The position numbers were made by a program, and so were the translations under genes. Source: Epithemia pelagica (taxonomy: Eukaryota; Protista; Bacillariophyta). From it: a stretch of 64,000 bases of DNA. Where the stretch lies: positions 2,480,001-2,544,000 of the forward strand of contig OX337230.1 of assembly GCA_946965045.2 (NCBI GenBank), given 5' to 3'. Each line of letters starts with the position of its first letter. The first letter of the stretch is position 1. The notes under the pieces were generated by a model, which saw only the letters and a list, made by a program, of their open reading frames with translations, was not told the DNA's origin and searched no databases. Shown piece after piece: positions 58,074 through 64,000 of this stretch.

Positions 58074-58425
58074 AGGCAGCCATGATGAGAGAAAAGGGGC
58101 TCTCTGGGCTCAAGTGTTGGCGCTGAGTTTGTCGTCTGTGGAAGGATGGATCGCCCGTAACTTGCAGCATGGATCTCCAGTCCGATCGACCGCCATTCAG
58201 ATGGCCTCCTCCGACAGGAACGTCGTCTTGGCTTCGTCCGACAACCCATCAGCGTTTGACTCTTTCAAAATTGGTTATGCCCGAGTGCATCGGTATAGCC
58301 GCGAAGAAGACCCTGAGTGCGAAACTGAGTACGTTATGTGGTATCATGGAAGATCGAAGGAACTGGACGGTGCCAATGAAAATAAGCTTCCCCCTCTTTC
58401 GACGGGACGGATTGGCTCTGGTTAG
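58074..58425 (+). pseudogene. 5' part of a probably plastid-targeted protein gene (beta-propeller/glycoside-hydrolase-like), truncated
   Basis: VLALSLSSVEG-W presequence-like segment, then FDSFKIG..VHRY..YVMWYHGR..LPPLSTGRIG; the frame stops abruptly and the CRN-HNH gene ends ~100 bp downstream. Start codon unresolved. Confidence 0.5.
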
Positions 58426-58527
58426 CAATCATGCCTGCATTCTAATTCCTAGGGTATAATAATAATTCGCAAAATACGGAAAGTTGAAAAGCATTGTTGA
58501 TGCGCCACTTGCGTGAAACGAGCAATA

Positions 58528-59748
58528 TCACGAGACTGTTCTCCACTGCCCACGTGTTTCATTGTAGTTCCAGAGCAGAAGCTTGTAGATAATTTCATAC
58601 ACATCAACAGTCTGCAACTTTTCCTTCCACGATGCCAAACTGGCAAGGTCGTCAACACCTGGAATGGCGGTGACACACACTTTCTCAATTGATCCACCGG
58701 GGTTCTGCTGTTCTTCAAAGAGAAGTTTATGTGTCCGGTTCTTTTCGCAAAATATGTAGATTGGGCCATGAAAGTAGCAGTGGCCTTCAGCGTTGGTATC
58801 ACCAACGTTTTCAGGCAAGAACGGTCGCCAGGACTCCAAAATCACCCTATCGCGGCACCAAAGTCGGATTGAAATTCGATAGAACTGCTTATGGTCCATA
58901 TTGATTTCATCCGTTGCAACAGGTTCAAGGGCCACTTTTGGTTGAGTTTCGGCTTTTACCACACTACCCTTTCCCGTACCATCGAAGTTTACATGACCAT
59001 CTTTCGACAGAGCCAGACGATTAAACTCGTGTTTATCAAGCCAAGCGTAGTGTCCCTTGCACTTGGCCCTTGGGAAAATATGAGCACCATCAGCCTTGCT
59101 TCGAGCAAATGCCCGGTCTGTTTCAATCCGTTGGTACTTGAATACTGTATCGTCCATCCCATAGCTTGTTGCCTTCGACGACAGTTCAATCGCCGAGAGC
59201 TCGACATCCCAAACAGGCGAGTCGTTTGGCGGTTCACCGTCTCGTTGACAGGGAGTGTAGTCACTCGTTTGTACAAGATCAGCGGTAGCTTCGAAAGGTG
59301 CGGTTGTGGAGCGATGGAAACGTCCAAGGGAAGTGACTCCACTTGTCGTGGTGATGTAGTCGTCGACGCTCGTGATAAAGCTGTTGGCACTGCGCTTGTC
59401 TTCAAAGACGACCGACATCGAAATCAGGCGTTTGTCATCGTCGGTCGAATGATTCTGTACCAGAAAAGAGTCGCCAACATCTTTTCCTTGGGGGTAGTAG
59501 CCACCAGCGCCAATGGCAAGCCGCATTAGCTTGAGGCGCACTCCCCCAATGTTTTTTCCTCGTTCGACCGTGCCCTCAACAAGAAACCAAAAAATCTGCC
59601 GCTTCTTCCACTCCTCGAATTCAGTCAAAAGATTGCGACGAATTTGGGGGGCACACAAAGAATTGTCATTGTACTCCTCAATTGTCATGGCCCGTAGAAG
59701 CCACGATTTGAAGGTTTCATCAGTAATCCGTTCCCAAGCAGTCGTCAT
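58528..59748 (-). CDS. Crinkler-like effector with HNH (His-Me finger) nuclease domain
   Basis: FKYQRIE..ADGAHIFP..NRLALSKDGHVNFDG matches the pattern of CRN C-terminal HNH domains (AHI...NRLALS...H..FD); intact 406-aa ORF. Confidence 0.72.
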   Translation of the reverse strand: MTTAWERITDETFKSWLLRAMTIEEYNDNSLCAPQIRRNLLTEFEEWKKRQIFWFLVEGTVERGKNIGGVRLKLMRLAIGAGGYYPQGKDVGDSFLVQNHSTDDDKRLISMSVVFEDKRSANSFITSVDDYITTTSGVTSLGRFHRSTTAPFEATADLVQTSDYTPCQRDGEPPNDSPVWDVELSAIELSSKATSYGMDDTVFKYQRIETDRAFARSKADGAHIFPRAKCKGHYAWLDKHEFNRLALSKDGHVNFDGTGKGSVVKAETQPKVALEPVATDEINMDHKQFYRISIRLWCRDRVILESWRPFLPENVGDTNAEGHCYFHGPIYIFCEKNRTHKLLFEEQQNPGGSIEKVCVTAIPGVDDLASLASWKEKLQTVDVYEIIYKLLLWNYNETRGQWRTVS

Positions 59749-59909
59749 GGTAGGGTTCAGGCTTCAGGCTTCAGGGACACCCGGCATTTTGGTTCCCCCA
59801 GCCAGGATGACTTTACCTAAACTCCTTTTGGGTAGCTAGGGCTGATCGCTAATTTTGCGAGGGCTAGCTATTTTATTTTATGCACAATAGGGTTCGGGTC
59901 AAAGACACG

Positions 59910-60150
59910 TGTTCAAGACCAAACGAATTGTTTTGTGTCACATCTGAGTCTTGTATTATGACGATCGCTAAAGCTTCTCCTTTTGAGTCGTGTTGGTTTC
60001 GGGTTGGTCCCGTTTTTAACGTCTGGTTTCGAGTTGGTGTCCACTGGTTTCGAGTTGGTGTCCACTGGTTGAACGAAATCTCCCCTACTTTAGTCTAAGT
60101 CTGGGGGTGACCCCTTATAATTTTATCTTTTATCGCTCTACTTTTGTTCA
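59910..60150 (+). mobile_element. Candidate 5' LTR of a Copia element
   Basis: Begins TGTT and ends TTCA, followed by GTTTATCAGACC (PBS-like TATCAGA core), 450 bp upstream of gag; no partner LTR in the window. Confidence 0.4.
60023..60070 (+). repeat. 21-bp tandem duplication
   Basis: CTGGTTTCGAGTTGGTGTCCA x2 plus CTGGTT. Confidence 0.9.
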
Positions 60151-60599
60151 GTTTATCAGACCCAATGTTTCTAAGCACCATGGAAATGGCAAGGCCTGGG
60201 AAGGCAGAGAATCTCCAGGTTGACCCTCATTTCATGACACATGAATCGACCTCCGTGCGGCTTGGGTTGGAAGAGGGGCCACGGAATTGATGCACCATGG
60301 TCTTGTTTGCGGAAACAGACCGCTCATTCCGGGACGCGTTGTCTGATACTACAGAGCGTGTCACAGTCACGGGAACCACGGTTCATGGACGCATGATCCT
60401 CTCTACTCCGCTAGGGAAAAACAGAACGCAAACGGAACCGCCAAAAGATACTACTCCCGAACGGACGAATTCCTCAATTATACACAAACCGCCATTGTCC
60501 ATCCTAAAGAACCCGGTGCAGGTAATACGCGCAAAGATCATCTTCGCTCATTATTCTCACTTTGCGTTGCATTTCATCCATTAAAGCGTTTCGTCGACA

Positions 60600-61560
60600 A
60601 TGGCAGCCGTGGCGCTTCGACAGGCCTTCCAACGGCTCGGATTCCCGCAGGATACAGCCAACCATATGACAGATGCGGCAAATGGCGAAGGAATGGAGTT
60701 GGAACACCTCCAGGATTATTCAGACAACGATGTCGAAACCTTGTGCTCGGCATTAAAGAAACCAGGCGGATTGATTGCTGATGCGGCAGGAAACATGATC
60801 GTCAACCCTGGACTAACAGTACCACATCGTGCCGAGCGGAACTTAAAGTTGTTGTGTTACCTTTGTCGTCACTACAGTCGTACCAGTCGTACCGTTGACT
60901 CCGGATCCATCCAATTGGCACTGTTGAATCCCATGGTGGCGTTGAAAGCCGAAGAGGATGACCATGAGGACCCCAGTACGCCCATGACACTCGCACGCGC
61001 AGTACCCGAGGCAATCACAGAATTCATGGCCAACTGGCCTGAGCATCTCAGCCAATATCGTGGCCAGACTGGTGTCCCTCTTTCATATGTCATTCGTACT
61101 GAACAAAACCCGAAAGCCGAAGGAGACGATCCGGCATACGGACAAGCTAACACCGTTTATCATTCGGCATTGCAAGAAATGGAAGCACGAGCCCCAATTA
61201 CGGGCGCTACCTATGATGCAGAAAACTCTCGCGTGTGGGTTTTATTGCAAGCGGCAGTTATCGAACACCGCAACGTCTACAATTGGATTTCCTCACATGC
61301 ACGGAACCAGAATGGATATGCAGCTTGGACTGCATTTGTTGCGCATTATCGTGGTTCGTCAGCCGTGGAAAATATCGTTACTTCGTCCAGAGCTAAATGC
61401 CTCCAACTCCGATACACGGGAGAGAAACCTCGCTTTACTTTCGAACACTATGTCTCATTGCACCAAAAGTACCACAATGACATTCTCACAGCACGACCGG
61501 CAAGCGCATGGGATGATTGGACTCGTGTCCGTCAATTGACCGATGGCATCCATGCAAACC
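60600..61560 (+). mobile_element. gag: Diatom Copia (CoDi-type) gag, 3'-truncated
   Basis: LGF..., VETLCSALKKPGG, NPG..V...AERNLKLL, GVPLSYVIR, QNGYAAW and YTGEKPRFTFEHYV; breaks at ~61560 before any CCHC knuckle. Confidence 0.82.
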
Positions 61561-64000
61561 ATAGACACGGGTCAATGTGTTCCTGCGACTTGAGTCCGAC
61601 TTGTTCCAATTTGCTTTTCAGATGAAGGAAGAAGTTGCGTGGTGCCTGCTTGAGGCCATACAATGATCGAGTAAGTTTCAAGACTTTCCCCGGTTGCGCA
61701 AACCCTCTCGGCATCTCAACATACACGCCACTTTTCTTTTGTTCTTCTTCTGTCATCTTGTCCCAATTGGGATCCTTGTCAATCGGCGCATGTACAAATG
61801 CTGCCGTGTAATCAACTTGTACCGTGGACAGACTCAAAATGATGGAAAGAATCATCATCAGGCGCACAGTCGTCCAATTCACAACGGGTGCAAACGTGTC
61901 AAAGAAATCGACTCCTTCGACTTGTTTGTCCCCCCGTGCACAAAACCGTGCTTTCAATTTGCGTACGGATCCATCGGGATACCGTTTGCACTTGAATGCC
62001 CACGTGCCAGGTAAGACATTCATCCATGTCTCTCTTGCCACGACTTCCCATGCTTTCATCTTCTCATGAAGCGTGTTGTATTCTTTCTTGCAAGTCTCCC
62101 AGTACCCGTCTTTGTCGGGACCGTTCATGGCTTGTTCCCATGAGGGATTGTCTGCAGCATCGGCCTTGGTTGCCAATGCAGTAGGATGCATCTCTTCAAT
62201 CCAGCGTGTGTCCGGATCTGTATGACGATCCAGCCACAGATCCATGGCCAATAGGTCTTTGGATTTGGACGCGATTGCGCTGGTCAGAGTGTCCCAGGTA
62301 AGGGATTGGAGGAACTGTGCATTCAACAGCTCTCGTCTCACTTTTTGCTTTGGCCTTGTTGACCCACGAGGAAAGTAAGCAGTCGATGCCCACAATCGCT
62401 CATCGAACAAGTGACGATTGGGACGACGTTCTCTTTTGCCTCTCCCATGTGATTCTGGATCGGGTTCGGCAAAATGCCTATTACGGCGTTCAATCTCTTC
62501 TTGTCTTGTCGTGCTGTCATCGTCTGAGTCGTCTTCAAAAACGATCTCATGTTCTTCCTCGTCGGCTTCTCCCTCTGGAGGCAACAATTCACTATTTGGA
62601 GCTCCCTCTGGAGGTAACAATCCACCTGTTTGATCTTGACTTGGAATTTCACCGGGTTCTGCAGGTGGTTCTGGTCCTTGCCCTGGCTCTGTTGGCTGTT
62701 CCAGTGGAGGTTGGAATCGAACATGGTTCCTTGTAGCTCGGCCTCTCCCCCCGTCAACAGACGTTGGAACAGGAACAATGGGTAAAGGTGGAGTGGGCAA
62801 TGGACGAGGAGGACGTGACTGACGTCGGGCATGCCGTTCCGCAATCTCGGAATCGGTCATCCACTCGTCTCCAAGCTCCAATTTACCATCATCATCATCT
62901 TCGTCAGGCAGGTTAGATTCAGTGCCCGCCGCTAGCAGGCGTTGCCAAAAGTCACCGTTCAAGTTTGGCTCATCTAAGAGCCCACCAGAATCGGCATTAG
63001 GGACCGTAGAGAATAAATCATCGTAGACCACATGATACTGTGAGCTGATGAATCCCGAGCGAAGATTGAGTATACGACCAACAGTAGTAGAATGGTCGGG
63101 CGAAATCCCAAGAAACTGACCACGTCGTGCCTTGGCTTGCCATTTAGGCAACTTCTTTCCGTCTTGAAGCTTGGGGTCCAGGACATACACAGGACATCCC
63201 CATACGTGACTCCGCTGAAGGTGGTGAAAATCGGAGAATGTGATGCCAGAGAAGATTTCGAGTGGAGCGATGTTCGTCCGGCGATTCGGAAGGTGGTTCC
63301 AGAGCCAGACGGCGTGCTCAACGGCAAAGGGCCAAAGATGCAAATGCATTTGCTCAGGCCAGTGAATGGTCGCGTGTAGTAACATAGTACGGGCCCAAGA
63401 CATCGTGGTCTTTACTGCCCTTTCCGCGACTCCATTCTGGTGATGTGCCCCAACACCTGAGAAGCTGATACGTTGACCACTTCCGTGTACGTGGTTCAGA
63501 AATTCTTCTCGGCCAAACGGCGCATTATCGGCGCGGTACTCTCGTATCTTGACACCGTATTCCTCCGCGAACCGCTCAAACTTCTTCTTTGAACTGAGCG
63601 TCTCACCAACTCGAAGGGACACTTGGTTCGCCAAGAAGATCATGCCAGAGGCATGGTCGACAAACAGAGTTCCCCCTCGATACTGTTCTTCGGTCCTCTC
63701 TTTTCCGTACGTGTGCGGAAGACGTCCACGAATCGTTGATTCGTATTGATCAATCGAAACACAATCTCCTGGTTGAAGGTGCTCCCTCTTGAGCATACTG
63801 TCTTTCCCATCCACCAATCCACCGTGATTCGAATGAGGCGTCCGACGATGTTGCTTCCCGAGCATACAAGCTGCGCATAAAGGTATGACGCAACTTGTTG
63901 TCTTTGCTTCTTTTGTCTCCAGCACTAACCGTCGACTGTTTGCTTTTGGATCTCGACAGAGCGTCTGAATCCATTGCATGTTGGCATGGCCAAGCTTCCA
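61561..64000 (-). mobile_element. pol: Copia pol (GAG-pre-integrase, integrase, N-terminal RT), truncated before YVDD and open at the window end
   Basis: KLGH, CAACMLGK, SIDQYES, HHQNGVAER, WGCPVYVLD, WAFKCKRYPDGSVRKLKARFCARG, TFAPVV, LYGLKQAPR and IDPCL; integrase precedes RT, which is Copia order. Confidence 0.95.

Noticed and set aside
58430-59900. Terminal inverted repeats around the CRN-HNH gene (TCGCAAAAT at ~58465 and its complement at ~59855)
   Set aside because: Only 9 bp in AT-rich DNA, no TSD, and expected by chance.

Overview
Eukaryotic DNA, most likely a pennate diatom. This is inferred from short GT-AG introns, SP-F/W plastid-type presequences, and diatom-type Copia and kinase families. 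The window has three zones. (1) 2.5-24.1 kb is a compact housekeeping block: a 2118-aa uncharacterised protein, ALG6, a SET-domain protein, NDUFAF3, an LRR protein, NOC2, COX17, TBP, a fatty-acid-hydroxylase-family protein and a USP8-dimerisation-domain protein. (2) About 25-46 kb is an accessory island. It holds an intact Crinkler-like NTPase+REase gene and a decayed Helitron RepHel. A family of about 20 hairpin-forming ~115-bp repeat monomers (two arrays plus dispersed copies) is interleaved with four cargo-like ORFs or pseudogenes: a zinc-finger protein, a Kelch protein, a DOT1-like methyltransferase, and a Cys-finger+HxD protein. (3) 47.5-64 kb has an SH3 gene, a 539-bp MITE, two tandem kinases, an NnrU-family gene and RPL14. 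It ends with a truncated gene abutting a Crinkler-like HNH nuclease gene and a Copia gag fused tail-to-tail to an inverted Copia pol. No rRNA, tRNA or CRISPR array was recognised. All calls are by eye; no database searches were run and identities are estimates.
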